Virus record (IMG/VR): IMGVR_UViG_3300036770_004428
Span: 30,982-94,981 of that record
DNA: 64,000 bases
DNA from: a virus
Direction: 5' to 3' (one strand)
In this document: one piece after another, positions 38,712-49,793 of the stretch
Layout of the letters: every line of letters starts with the position of its first letter
Numbering within the stretch: position 1 is the stretch's first letter
Made by a program: the position numbers and the translations under genes
The notes under the pieces: generated by a model
What the model was told of the DNA's origin: nothing
Database searches by the model: none
What the model saw: the letters and a program-made list of their open reading frames with translations, nothing else

Positions 38712-41495
38712 TTAGATATCATCAAAAGAAGCTCCTGTAGACGTTACATTGAACTCTAAGATTATGAATTCTAATGCTGGTACAGGTTTAACATAAATTT
38801 TACCTCTTAATTCATTTCTATCTATTTCTTCAGGGTCACTAGAAAGTACCACTCTAAAGTCAGCTAAACCTCTTTCTCTCTTAATGTTTTCCAAGATTGG
38901 GTTAACAAGTGATAAGAATTGGTTTCTTACTATTTGGTCGTTTTGTTCGAATAGTAATCTTACTGCTACAGCTGATATTAGTTTTCTTGTTTGTAGTAAC
39001 AATCTTCTAATGTTCAATCTATCAAGAGCTGAGTCTTTAACTTGTAAGTTTTTGTTACCCCAAATTACAACCCCTTGGTCAGAGAATGTAGCCATTGGGT
39101 TAATTCTTCCTTCATAAAGAGTATCTCTATCTTCTTCAGTTAATTTAACTCTAGCTTGAAGTGCTGAAGTAAGACCTCTTGTGTAACCAGCTGAAGCGAA
39201 CCATGGGAATGATACGTTATCTGTTAAAGCGATGTTTCTAACAACTTCATGTGTTGGTGGTAACCAAACGTTAACATTGTTTTCATTATCTCTTTTTTGT
39301 ATCCATGGCCAATAAGTGGCTGTATAGTTAGAATCGATATCAGCTAAGTCTAATAAATCTACGATATCTTCTGGTGTAGAAACTTCTGCTGAATTAAATC
39401 CTAATCCTGTTAATTGTGTTGAATTTTCGTATGTCACACCTTCTGGAGCTGTTAAGATATAAACAGAGTCAGCTCTTTCTTCCTCAACCATATCTATTAC
39501 TTCAGAAACTAAATCATTGTTATCACCGAATTCAACGTTAGAAACAGTTAAAACGTTTATGTTTACCGCTTCAGGGTTAGCGAAAGTTCTAATACCTTGT
39601 AAATAAGCGTAGTAATCAGAAGTACCTTCAGTTTGACTAATTTGTTCAAACTCACCGTTAGCTAAACCATTTGTAAATCCTACTTTACCAACTTTATATC
39701 TATCTTCATGAGTTCTTTCTTGTCTATGACAGTTCCAACCATCAAAACCTAAGTAAGGTGCGAATGTGAATTTTCTAGAGAAGATGGATTCATAATCTGT
39801 ACCCTCTATTCCAGCCATAGTTCTAAATTCAAACTCACCTACTTCAAAGTTTCCTGCGATTGTAGCCCCACTATCCATATGGAAACCTTTTGTAGTTGCT
39901 GTCCATTGGTTAGGTGAAGAATCGTTAGTATAACCTTTCCAGTTAAATAAGTTTTGGTCAAAACCAACTGTACTAGTAAATCCTAGATATACTTTTTTAA
40001 TTTTTTCTTGTTCAGGTTGATAAGAAGTTTTGTATACAGGAGCTGGTGCTAAAACACCCGTTGGGTAATCTCTAACGATATAACCCTCAAACCCTGCTGG
40101 GAAAGCGTCTATTGGTGCGTTAGGATTTTGAACAACCATGATATATCTACTTCTTAAAGAAAACTCACCGTCAGCAGTACCGATTCTTCTAGCTATAAAG
40201 TTATCAGAATTAGGATCCATAACACACTTAGAGAATCTCTCTATAATAGATGGTCTAGAATCTACATCATAATAATCTCTTACAACAACATCAAACTCTT
40301 TTGTGTCAGGTTTAATATTTTGAATAGATATTTTTATTTCTTTATTTGCTGAATCACCATCAGAAATAGATATAAATTTAAATAACTTATCAACTATGTT
40401 ACCACGTAATTCAGAAACAACCCAAGGTGTTTCAGGTGTTTGCCATTGTTGTTTGTAATTTTCAAAATCAACTGTATGTGTTAAAGAAGTATTTAAACCT
40501 AAAATATAATTATTCTCGATTAATTTTTGTAATAATTCAGGATATATCTCTTCAACAAAAACCATAGAGGATTTATCAAAACATTCTACACCCAATACTC
40601 TAGGTAGATAGTTTCTAGCGTTTACATCCATCGATACTTCATATTTAGAAACGCTACTTGAGGTACTTGATGTTGCTGATAATATAAATCCGGCTACAGG
40701 GTTAGTTGCTACACCACCTGGGTCCATAACTAAACCACCAGAAGATTGTAGAGTATCCCATATTAAATTATCTGAACTATAATAAGCTCTAGACCTTAAC
40801 ATTGCTAATACAATTCCCTCATATTCAGTATAAGCTGAAGCTGCCCAAGTAGTAACGGTACCAGAAGTAGTACCTGTTGCGTTAATAGAATCATAACTAG
40901 TTTGTTCTATTGTTGCTGACACACCACTAAAAGAAGAACCAATTTTATCAAATACAATTCCTTCTGGATAAGTAATTAAATCACTAGGAACTACACCTGA
41001 AGTAAATGAAGCTGATTGTATTGGGAATAAACCTAATGAATATAAATATGATGCTTCCGCTGCTCCAAGACCAGATATATTGAAATAGGTAGTACCACCT
41101 GAGAAATCGGCTGTCCAGTCTAAAGTTGTTATAGCGGATACAATAGTGTCAGGGTTGTAATTAGCGTTAGCTGTTATTACCCAAGCTGAACCAGCATCGT
41201 ATCCGGTTAAACCAAGAATTCTAGTGACAAATAATTGGTTGGACTGTGATAAATAACTTTTAGCAATGTAAGGTAATTCATACTTAGGTTTGTCATTACC
41301 AAATTTACTAGGATTCTGACCACCAAAAATGGCAGTAAATTCATCATAATTTGTTATGAATATTGGTTCAAATGCTGGACCCTTTAAAGTTTCCCCAACA
41401 GAACCCAATGTTGTAACACCAACTTGTTGTGCTACAAAACTTAAATCTTTTTCAGATGTGAACACACCTGGTGATACAAATATTTTATCTGCCAT
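38712..41495 (-). CDS. Contractile tail sheath protein
   Basis: VSPGVFTSEKD, GPAFEP, YWPW, PWFASAG..RG, RINP, WGNK, RLNIRRLL, FEQND, P...LEFI. Confidence 0.93.
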   Translation of the reverse strand: MADKIFVSPGVFTSEKDLSFVAQQVGVTTLGSVGETLKGPAFEPIFITNYDEFTAIFGGQNPSKFGNDKPKYELPYIAKSYLSQSNQLFVTRILGLTGYDAGSAWVITANANYNPDTIVSAITTLDWTADFSGGTTYFNISGLGAAEASYLYSLGLFPIQSASFTSGVVPSDLITYPEGIVFDKIGSSFSGVSATIEQTSYDSINATGTTSGTVTTWAASAYTEYEGIVLAMLRSRAYYSSDNLIWDTLQSSGGLVMDPGGVATNPVAGFILSATSSTSSSVSKYEVSMDVNARNYLPRVLGVECFDKSSMVFVEEIYPELLQKLIENNYILGLNTSLTHTVDFENYKQQWQTPETPWVVSELRGNIVDKLFKFISISDGDSANKEIKISIQNIKPDTKEFDVVVRDYYDVDSRPSIIERFSKCVMDPNSDNFIARRIGTADGEFSLRSRYIMVVQNPNAPIDAFPAGFEGYIVRDYPTGVLAPAPVYKTSYQPEQEKIKKVYLGFTSTVGFDQNLFNWKGYTNDSSPNQWTATTKGFHMDSGATIAGNFEVGEFEFRTMAGIEGTDYESIFSRKFTFAPYLGFDGWNCHRQERTHEDRYKVGKVGFTNGLANGEFEQISQTEGTSDYYAYLQGIRTFANPEAVNINVLTVSNVEFGDNNDLVSEVIDMVEEERADSVYILTAPEGVTYENSTQLTGLGFNSAEVSTPEDIVDLLDLADIDSNYTATYWPWIQKRDNENNVNVWLPPTHEVVRNIALTDNVSFPWFASAGYTRGLTSALQARVKLTEEDRDTLYEGRINPMATFSDQGVVIWGNKNLQVKDSALDRLNIRRLLLQTRKLISAVAVRLLFEQNDQIVRNQFLSLVNPILENIKRERGLADFRVVLSSDPEEIDRNELRGKIYVKPVPALEFIILEFNVTSTGASFDDI

Positions 41496-41528
41496 TTAAT
41501 TAGTTTTTTATTCTTAGTTATTTTCTAA

Positions 41529-41536
41529 ATAAATAT
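41529..41536 (-). promoter_or_regulatory. Late promoter motif ATATTTAT
   Basis: 33 nt upstream of the sheath ATG. Confidence 0.65.
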
Positions 41537-41556
41537 TGCTAAAAAAAGCAAAAAAT

Positions 41557-41584
41557 TTATTTTGTGGTTTACACCACAAAATAA
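41557..41584. repeat. Perfect 12-bp inverted repeat (operator or terminator)
   Basis: ttattttgtggt-ttac-accacaaaataa. Confidence 0.7.
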
Positions 41585-41630
41585 CTATGAAAAAAAAGAT
41601 ACTTTTGTCATACTTATAAAGAAAGGGTAT

Positions 41631-41789
41631 ATGAAAAGGGATAAAAACTTAAAAATAACACCACAAACACATAAATTATTAAAAGAGTATTGTGAAAAGA
41701 ATGGTCTTAAAATGTTTGCATTTGTCGAGAAATTAATTAAAGAAAAATGTAAACCTAAGACCGATATTTATGGAGACGAATTAAATTAA
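41631..41789 (+). CDS. Small ribbon-helix-helix-like DNA-binding protein
   Basis: KNLKITPQTHKLLKEYCEKNGLKMFAFVEKLIKE; ATG 41631 is 13 nt after variant ATACTTAT. Confidence 0.6.
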   Translation: MKRDKNLKITPQTHKLLKEYCEKNGLKMFAFVEKLIKEKCKPKTDIYGDELN

Positions 41790-42418
41790 TAATTACCATT
41801 TTCCAATATATCAATGATCCTATCTTGGTCTATTTGTGTCCAATAAGATTTTGATGGATACCCATTATTAATGTAATCACCTTCACCTTTTAAATAATCA
41901 AATAATCCTGATACACCATCTTTAGTTAATGTTGTAATATTATAATTAATATAATCGTTACAAAGTGATGAAGTTGATTTTGCTAAATCTGATGAGTTAA
42001 TAGGTGTTAATTTATAAGAGATGTATTTTTTAGCAACTTCCCATCTTTTAAATCTACATTCCTGTGAATTTTCAACAAGGATATTCCAAAAATTAACCTG
42101 TTCTTCTTCAGACAAAACAGTATCTCTATCTGTTTTACCAACTAAAAAATATTTTGAGACTATTATTTTTTCGTTTAATGATAAATTATTAAATCCAATT
42201 TGATTTAATAATATATTAATTTCGTTTCTAACATAATTATAGTCCTTTAAATCAAAACCAATTGAATCCCAATTTGAAATACTTGTAATGTCTGAATATC
42301 CGTTTTGGATAGTATCATTTATAATCCAAGGTTGATTTCCATTTAATTGGTCTAAAGTCCAATTAAAAATATCAACATTTATTATTTTTCCGTTTAAAAT
42401 ATATGCTTGTAATTTCAT
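41786..42418 (-). CDS. Hypothetical protein ending the fibre operon
   Basis: 210 aa, translationally coupled to the upstream gene. Confidence 0.7.
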   Translation of the reverse strand: MKLQAYILNGKIINVDIFNWTLDQLNGNQPWIINDTIQNGYSDITSISNWDSIGFDLKDYNYVRNEINILLNQIGFNNLSLNEKIIVSKYFLVGKTDRDTVLSEEEQVNFWNILVENSQECRFKRWEVAKKYISYKLTPINSSDLAKSTSSLCNDYINYNITTLTKDGVSGLFDYLKGEGDYINNGYPSKSYWTQIDQDRIIDILENGNY

Positions 42419-43698
42419 TATGCTGGAATTTTATTTATTATTACACTTAAATCTGCAACCCTAACATCCGTGGTGTTAGTATTTCTTACAAAAAACTCAA
42501 TGTAATCTCCTGTTGCCATTTCTAAAACTGTTTGTGATGAACCTGGATATTCTTGGTTTGATGTTGTGGTTCTAATTGTGGTTTCAGAATCATTTACTAT
42601 TGTCCCATTTTTTGCTATACCAATTGATATTACTTGGTTGTTAGAACCTGCCCTAACTGTTGCTGTTGACGTTATAACAAAATCAGACCTAACATTACCT
42701 GTATAAGTTACCCTATTTGTTGTGTGTGTCCATCTAGGTGAATTATTATCACCCACCGTAGTAGTACCTGCAGCTTTAACCCATACATTTACATTAGCCA
42801 CACCAATAGTAGTATCAGTGGTATTATTAATCATATAATAATGGCCTAAATTAGAGGTGTTTAATATACCTACATTATTAATAAATAAAGATTTAGGACT
42901 TGTTGCATCTAACCCTGAAAGATAAGTACCACCACCAGCAAAATTAACCGTATCCAATATAAAACCATCATTATTAACAATAGATGTTGGATTTACCGTG
43001 ATACTAGTCTCTCCAGCTAATGTAATAAACGAAGAATATATTGGTCTAAATCTTCTAGTAATTGAACATCCAGCTGGTATATTGAACACTGATTTTCCTG
43101 CTGTACCATTAAATAAACAAGTAACAAAACCAACCGTAGCAATCGTACCACTAAAAGTACAATCAGCACTTTCTAGAAACGCACAGTCGGTCATAATCAC
43201 ATTTGAATAATTTTTAATTAGACCAACAGAGTTACAATTAGTAAAATTAACTCCAAACCAATCTATCGCTTGATTAGCATTACCAGTGGCATCTAAATTT
43301 AATGCTTTGTCAGCCTCTATTGTTACACCACGCATAGGTATAGACCAATTAGAAGACAATAATGCTGTACCACCTGTTAATCCGGTACTTTTTAATCTAC
43401 AGTTTTCAGAAGAACCACCAAGTATTGTTGTATTCTGACCCGCAACTAATCTATCACCTAATAAATCAACAGTTGTGTTAATAAAATAAGTTTTATTGGC
43501 CTCTAAGGTCCTAACACCACTAATGGCGGCAGGAAAGTCATCCCTACTTTCAATGTAGATAAAATTAGGCATTGAAACAGTATTACCTGTTATTTTTGAG
43601 GTGGCAAATAATTGGTCGGTATTAGTTGTATTAACACTAAGAGTTATACCACTTAAAATGTTTTCCGATGTTATATTTTGACTGACAAATGTTCCCAT
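42418..43698 (-). CDS. Tail fibre / receptor-binding protein (beta-helix plus C1q/BclA-like C-terminus)
   Basis: T/N/G-rich; C-terminal IAKNG...VLEMATGDYIEFFVRN jelly-roll pattern. Confidence 0.6.
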   Translation of the reverse strand: MGTFVSQNITSENILSGITLSVNTTNTDQLFATSKITGNTVSMPNFIYIESRDDFPAAISGVRTLEANKTYFINTTVDLLGDRLVAGQNTTILGGSSENCRLKSTGLTGGTALLSSNWSIPMRGVTIEADKALNLDATGNANQAIDWFGVNFTNCNSVGLIKNYSNVIMTDCAFLESADCTFSGTIATVGFVTCLFNGTAGKSVFNIPAGCSITRRFRPIYSSFITLAGETSITVNPTSIVNNDGFILDTVNFAGGGTYLSGLDATSPKSLFINNVGILNTSNLGHYYMINNTTDTTIGVANVNVWVKAAGTTTVGDNNSPRWTHTTNRVTYTGNVRSDFVITSTATVRAGSNNQVISIGIAKNGTIVNDSETTIRTTTSNQEYPGSSQTVLEMATGDYIEFFVRNTNTTDVRVADLSVIINKIPA

Positions 43699-43710
43699 AT
43701 ATTATAATTA

Positions 43711-46700
43711 TTAAGATTCTCCATATGCTGTTGTAACCCAATCAACATTCTCAGTAAAAGCTAAATTTGCGTTTGAGTTTATTCTAAAGCCTGTTGTTGT
43801 TTTATTTTCGTAAGTAAATGTTCTATTTACACCACCTGTAATTTGTATTGAATAATTTGTGTTAGGGTAGGCTGTTGTAAAAGTTACGTCATATACCTTA
43901 GGGTTGCCAGCGAAACTAGTACCAGCAACACTATTTGATTTTATTTTTAATCCTATTGTTGTGTTTGTAGTAGAACCATCTACTGAACTAGAAGTTAGTA
44001 TATTTGAACTATAAGTTAATCCTGTTATAGCTTTTAAATAACCATTATCAGTAGTACTAACAGCTATTGGGTTTGTCGGTGATACTGGGGCTTTACTTAA
44101 CTTAACTCTACCAAAAGTAGAAGTTGATGACAAAGAAATCCAACTATCTAGAGTACCACTAACATCCGCAAAAGGTATGGCATTAGCTGAAGGGGTTACA
44201 GTACCGACTGGATCTGAACCACCAAATTTATGTCTAGTTGCGTGTGAACTAACATCAACACCATCAACGAGGTTAACATTTGTGATACTGTTATTACCCA
44301 TGTTAAGATTACCAGACATGTTTCTACCACCATTAGCTAACAAATATTGTGTGTGGTCATCTGCCTCTAATCCTAATAAGTTTCCGTGTACCGATGAAGC
44401 ATTTACACCCCCTGCCCTAAATGAAATGGTTGGTCTAATATCTTCTATTTGTGTTACACCTGTTGTACCTTGTTTTATATAAACATTTGCGATTTGAGTA
44501 ACTGAATCAGTAAAATAACTTGGTGGTGTCGCTAATGTTGCATCTTCAGTTTCTACTAAAGTTGCGTATTGATTTTGGCCTAAAACTAAATAATAATTTT
44601 CTAATGTACCCTCACCTAAAACATATAGTGTGTGTTTTGTGTAATAACCGGTAGTTAATGCCGTTAATACCCCATTATTATCCCATTGTGTGTTATTAAC
44701 TAATGTTGTTGCTGAAGTTACCCATGTAGAACCTGTACCATTTCTATAATATTGTGTAAATGTAACACCTGTACCACCCATAGGCATTATTTGATTGGTA
44801 GAGTAATAATACTCACCAGGGGTAACGTTTAAAGTAAATGGTGTAACACCTTCGGTAACAATTGAACCAGTTGCGTATACAGGTCCTAAAGCTTCGGTAA
44901 ATAAATCACTAAACCTATTTGATGTGTGTTCAGCATTTAATGGGGTTAAATCAATTAACTCAATACCTGTAGAGTTAGTGGCAACTCTACCTAAAATTAT
45001 ATTATAAAAAGAATTTGGTCTTGACCCAGATGAAGAAAGATTACTGTTCTCATTTATAAAAATATAATTATCACTATTTGGGGATAGTGTAATTTGAGAA
45101 TTACTCCAATCAATTCTTCTAACAGTACCATCATTATTTGATTTTTCTAAATAACCAAATCCCGCATCTGCCTGAATTGTTGTTCCACTTATAACACTAA
45201 TACTACCACCACTTAATATACCCATAGTACCACCCTCAAAAATAAGGGTTGTAAAATCAGTGTGTGAACCATCAGTAAATGTTACAGAAGCTTTTCTGGT
45301 AATATCTAATTCACCATCAGCAGAGTCTAAAAATGACCAATAAACATTCTCACTTATTGTTGTAACTTTTTCGTGGTCTGCAATCCCTTGGAATACACCT
45401 GTTGCGGATGATTGTTCGACATTAATATCCCAAACATTATCTAAAAATGTTGTACCATTAATTTCAAATCTTGATGGGTCACCAACATTTAATATTCTTA
45501 AACCGTAATCCCAACCAATGATATCTGTTGCTGCAATATTTATATTACCACCATCTTGTGATAATACTGACGTTGACCCACTAGAACCAACACCTTCTAA
45601 TGAAGATGATGTTAAATTAATACTCGAACCACTACCTGTTAAGTAGTTACCTATGGTAGAGCCGGTACCTGTTGGGAATAAATAATAGTTTTCCATATTG
45701 GCAAGTGCAAGAAATCCGTTGTTCCCAACACATTGAACGCCATATGTAAACTCACCATTAATATCTACGTATTCACCATATAATATAGTGTCTTGAGTAT
45801 CTGATTCAACCCAAATACCTGTATCACAATCATAAATTGAGATTTTATGTAATTGACCAAAATCCCCTATATCAAAGGCATATACCGCAGCGTACCCAGC
45901 ACTAGCACCAGAAATAGAAAGGAATGACAATTCATTTGTTTGTCCAATATTAAATACATTTTGAGTATTACCACTTGCAACAACTAATGTTGTTTGAATA
46001 CTACTACCAACAATACTTACATACGGTGTTTGAGTTAAATCAATTTCATTTTCAATAAAAGTACCGGGTCCTACACTAATAATATATCTATTACTAGAAG
46101 AGGTGGTTGTATTATTTATAAGATAATCAACAGCTGATTTAATCGAATTAAAATCACCGCCTTTTTTTGCTACGACAATTTGTCTTTGGTCTTGATTAAC
46201 TTCATATAAAGGTGCATCTATATTTATTTTTGTTTTTAAAAAATTATCAGTACCATTAACTTTACCAGTTGCTCCTGAGTGAATAATATCAACATCTGTT
46301 GTACAGTTTTCAAAATTTAAACCTACAGCATCAATTGTTGGGGCTAACCCAACTTGTGGTACATATATACCTGTACCAAATCTTTGTATATTAAAACCAT
46401 TAAGTCTTAACAATCCACCATTCTCTACTTGGAAACCAATACCACTAACTGGTGCTGAACCAGCCTTAGTTACAGTAACTAAATTACCTATAATAGTACA
46501 GTTTGGTTGATCAACTTTAGCGAATGTTAAACCTGTTGTATTTACAACACCACCGGCAGTTGTAGTTACGTTCCTCAACTGAAATCTACCTGTACTAGCA
46601 CCATCACTTGTCATATAAAAACCTAATGTAAATGGTTGTGCTCCGTATTTAATATTTGTACATTGTATTGCAGTGTTACCACCACCATACGGACTATTTT

Positions 46701-49650
46701 TAACGTGGGTATAATTAGCACCAAATCTGACATTTTCAATATAAACTATAGCATTTGATGCGGTTACTGTTGATGATGAATATAAAACCGCCGCAACACC
46801 AGTTCCAGTACACCCTTGAATTAACATATCAGAAATAAAAGTATTGTCTGATGTTAAAAATAAAGGTTGATTAGGGTTGTTTGCGTTAACAATAGTGGTT
46901 ACCGAACTATCACCAATAATCGAAACAAATGGTTTTGTAGTTATTGTATCTTCATTATACCTACCAGGACCAACCTTAACCAACCAAGGGTTTGTTGATG
47001 TTGCCCCAGTTATACTATCAACCGCACTTTTAATTGACGTAAAATCAGCACTACCACCAGATAAAGAAACGGTAACTGTATTCGGTATGTAATTTACACT
47101 GTTAAAATTCCTAGTAAAGAAATTACCACCACCATCTATAACTAAAAACTCATCTAAAGTATCGTCATTTATTGGTGATTGTATGTTATATGTTGTACCA
47201 CTAATATTATTAGTTGTTATCGTATTTGCAGTAAGTATATTAGTATTAGTTACACCAGTCACAGTTAAATCACCATTAACCGTATAATTACCATTTAGTG
47301 CCTTTAGATATTTCCAAACATTATTCGATGAATCAAAACTAATCAAATCACCATTAGTTGCACCACTCGTTTGTAAGTCATGTAAATCACCTAATTTACT
47401 TCTAAGTGAAGGTCTGATAAATATTGAACCGTTTAAATCGGCATCAATAACTATTGCCATTTGAATTTTTAAATTTGGTTCTGTTGGTTCTACACTAGTT
47501 AAACCACCAGGTATAGTTGGGTGAACATAAAGTATAGTCCCACCAGTCCATACTTCACCATAATCAGAACCAGTTGTATCAATACCTTTAAGTAAACCAA
47601 ATTCATATACATAACCATCCTCACCGTCTAGTATGTTTTCACCCGCAATACCTAACGTAAAAAAGTATGGTATAGAACCGTCTGCTACCATATACTCACC
47701 AAGTATCCTACCAGAAGAACCTAATGTTCCGGCGGCTCTAACAACTTTACCTTTAGTTATTGTACTACCACTTTGATTTTTAATATAATAAAAATTATCT
47801 AAACCCGCTTTAAGTTGTACATTACCTCCCTCTAAATCAATATCTAAAGTACCGTAATCAGAATCCCAATGAACTCTACCAACCTGTTCAGTCGGAGTGT
47901 AACCGGTATTAAAATCAATATAATTAACATTTGATATAGTTTCAGCAGTAACTGTTGTTAGATTTGATGTTCCACTAAAGAAAACATTTTCACCTATAAT
48001 ATTAGCATTAAAAGTTTGATCAACACTAAAATTGTTATCAACATTAGTGTAAGCATTATTGTTATATTCTGACTGAGTTAGATGAAAATACTCACCCGCA
48101 GAACCACCTTGTAACCCACTTAAATTATTATGAACTGTTACTTGACTAGATTGGAATTGTTGTGTGAAAGAACTCTGAACAGTTACAGCACTAAATGAAC
48201 CCGTTTGTATAATTAATCTACCGACTAAAAACGCGTGAGATGTTACCAATTCAGGTAACGGTGGTTCACCACTAGCTTCAGCATCGTCGATTGTCGCGTA
48301 TTCATTATTTCCCCAAACCTCGTATAAATGGTCATTAATTTCTTGACCCCTATAATACCAGTTAACTAAGTAACTATTTGTAGTTGCTGAAACAGGGTTT
48401 GTGCCATTATCGTAATATAAATTATTAAAAGTATCTGCTGTTGTAGTTACAACCCAATTACCACCTATATGATAATTTCTAAAAAATATATCATCTTGTG
48501 AATTTACTGCATCTAATTCTTGTCTATTTAAACTATTCCAAGCAACACCAGAACTTAGTGTGACAACCCCTGTTGAACCACTAACACCCAAAGAAAGACC
48601 ATTTTCTCTAGCAAATCTTTGTGTAGCAATTAATCTATTAACAATCCTATTGGATGTACCCGAACCTTGGTCACCAAAATCTAATACGTGAATAAAATTA
48701 TTTAATCTATAAACAGTTAAAACCCTTACTTTATCACTACCATTTGTTGTATCAGTGGTATTAATATCGTAAATTGGGTTACCACCATTATAGTCAACAA
48801 ATATATAATTGGTTTCATTATTTACTAATGCCGGAAATTCAGTACCAGACGTACCACCAGTTATATTATAAACTTTTAGTGGTGATATAAAATTAGGGTT
48901 GTCATAAATTGCGAAATTAACTGTTGGTAATGTTATAGTACCATTAAAAGATTGAGTCCATCCACTAGATCCCTGTAGAACACCAGCACCATAATTAGAT
49001 TCACCCCTAACAGTAAAACTATTTCCTTTGTTATCAGAAAATACAGTATCACCAATAGAGTTAATTGTACCGCCCGTTAAATACCTTTCTGCTGTTATTC
49101 CTGTTACAACAAAAGTCCCACCAGAATTTTGATAAAACGTTATTTCACCTGTGTTTTGATTATATAAACCACTAGTAACATAAATGTCAGGTAAATTTGT
49201 TAGCTGTGACCCATCACCATAAAATGTACCACCAGAAAAAGTTGTACCATAAAATGATTGTGCACTAATATCATTGTTAGATATAGTAGGTCCAAAAATA
49301 TTTAAAGAACTGTTTACAATTAAATCATTAGTTGTAAATGTGTTTACGTTACCAGACAAAGAAGTAAAATCATCAAAAGAGGCGAAACTAGTTATTACAC
49401 TACCAGTAACTATTAGATTATTACTAATATTAACATCACCAGTAACAGTACCACCCGACAATGTTGACAATCTATCCCAACCTATTTGTCTTATTTCTGT
49501 GGTAGCACTAAATCCACCAGTATATGGTGCGTAAAGTTTTGAATCTGCTGTGTTTAAAGCTATTTCACCTAATTGTAGATCACCTATATTAGGTATTTTA
49601 CTGGGTACATTTGACCTCTTTAAAAGAAAGGTATTACTTCTATTTGCCAT
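43711..49650 (-). CDS. Long tail fibre / tailspike with duplicated beta-helix modules
   Basis: N-terminal LKRS..P..GEIALNTAD; two F.SIKSAVD..V.PG modules; T/G/S-rich. Confidence 0.78.
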   Translation of the reverse strand: MANRSNTFLLKRSNVPSKIPNIGDLQLGEIALNTADSKLYAPYTGGFSATTEIRQIGWDRLSTLSGGTVTGDVNISNNLIVTGSVITSFASFDDFTSLSGNVNTFTTNDLIVNSSLNIFGPTISNNDISAQSFYGTTFSGGTFYGDGSQLTNLPDIYVTSGLYNQNTGEITFYQNSGGTFVVTGITAERYLTGGTINSIGDTVFSDNKGNSFTVRGESNYGAGVLQGSSGWTQSFNGTITLPTVNFAIYDNPNFISPLKVYNITGGTSGTEFPALVNNETNYIFVDYNGGNPIYDINTTDTTNGSDKVRVLTVYRLNNFIHVLDFGDQGSGTSNRIVNRLIATQRFARENGLSLGVSGSTGVVTLSSGVAWNSLNRQELDAVNSQDDIFFRNYHIGGNWVVTTTADTFNNLYYDNGTNPVSATTNSYLVNWYYRGQEINDHLYEVWGNNEYATIDDAEASGEPPLPELVTSHAFLVGRLIIQTGSFSAVTVQSSFTQQFQSSQVTVHNNLSGLQGGSAGEYFHLTQSEYNNNAYTNVDNNFSVDQTFNANIIGENVFFSGTSNLTTVTAETISNVNYIDFNTGYTPTEQVGRVHWDSDYGTLDIDLEGGNVQLKAGLDNFYYIKNQSGSTITKGKVVRAAGTLGSSGRILGEYMVADGSIPYFFTLGIAGENILDGEDGYVYEFGLLKGIDTTGSDYGEVWTGGTILYVHPTIPGGLTSVEPTEPNLKIQMAIVIDADLNGSIFIRPSLRSKLGDLHDLQTSGATNGDLISFDSSNNVWKYLKALNGNYTVNGDLTVTGVTNTNILTANTITTNNISGTTYNIQSPINDDTLDEFLVIDGGGNFFTRNFNSVNYIPNTVTVSLSGGSADFTSIKSAVDSITGATSTNPWLVKVGPGRYNEDTITTKPFVSIIGDSSVTTIVNANNPNQPLFLTSDNTFISDMLIQGCTGTGVAAVLYSSSTVTASNAIVYIENVRFGANYTHVKNSPYGGGNTAIQCTNIKYGAQPFTLGFYMTSDGASTGRFQLRNVTTTAGGVVNTTGLTFAKVDQPNCTIIGNLVTVTKAGSAPVSGIGFQVENGGLLRLNGFNIQRFGTGIYVPQVGLAPTIDAVGLNFENCTTDVDIIHSGATGKVNGTDNFLKTKINIDAPLYEVNQDQRQIVVAKKGGDFNSIKSAVDYLINNTTTSSSNRYIISVGPGTFIENEIDLTQTPYVSIVGSSIQTTLVVASGNTQNVFNIGQTNELSFLSISGASAGYAAVYAFDIGDFGQLHKISIYDCDTGIWVESDTQDTILYGEYVDINGEFTYGVQCVGNNGFLALANMENYYLFPTGTGSTIGNYLTGSGSSINLTSSSLEGVGSSGSTSVLSQDGGNINIAATDIIGWDYGLRILNVGDPSRFEINGTTFLDNVWDINVEQSSATGVFQGIADHEKVTTISENVYWSFLDSADGELDITRKASVTFTDGSHTDFTTLIFEGGTMGILSGGSISVISGTTIQADAGFGYLEKSNNDGTVRRIDWSNSQITLSPNSDNYIFINENSNLSSSGSRPNSFYNIILGRVATNSTGIELIDLTPLNAEHTSNRFSDLFTEALGPVYATGSIVTEGVTPFTLNVTPGEYYYSTNQIMPMGGTGVTFTQYYRNGTGSTWVTSATTLVNNTQWDNNGVLTALTTGYYTKHTLYVLGEGTLENYYLVLGQNQYATLVETEDATLATPPSYFTDSVTQIANVYIKQGTTGVTQIEDIRPTISFRAGGVNASSVHGNLLGLEADDHTQYLLANGGRNMSGNLNMGNNSITNVNLVDGVDVSSHATRHKFGGSDPVGTVTPSANAIPFADVSGTLDSWISLSSTSTFGRVKLSKAPVSPTNPIAVSTTDNGYLKAITGLTYSSNILTSSSVDGSTTNTTIGLKIKSNSVAGTSFAGNPKVYDVTFTTAYPNTNYSIQITGGVNRTFTYENKTTTGFRINSNANLAFTENVDWVTTAYGES

Positions 49651-49713
49651 ATTTATGACTATTATGTAACTCTATTTAGAGTGTGATTTATTAAGGTTAT
49701 ATAACCGTTAATA

Positions 49714-49721
49714 ATAAATAT
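49714..49721 (-). promoter_or_regulatory. Late promoter motif ATATTTAT with structured leader
   Basis: 63 nt upstream of the fibre ATG, with two palindromes in between. Confidence 0.6.
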
Positions 49722-49768
49722 TATAAAACATTAAAAACTTTAACTATCTATTAAAAAATGTAAACAAT

Positions 49769-49793
49769 AAAAAAGGAGGGTTACCCCTCCTTT
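49769..49793 (-). terminator. Terminator after the GIY-YIG gene
   Basis: aaaaaa-ggaggg-ttac-ccctcc-ttt. Confidence 0.75.
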
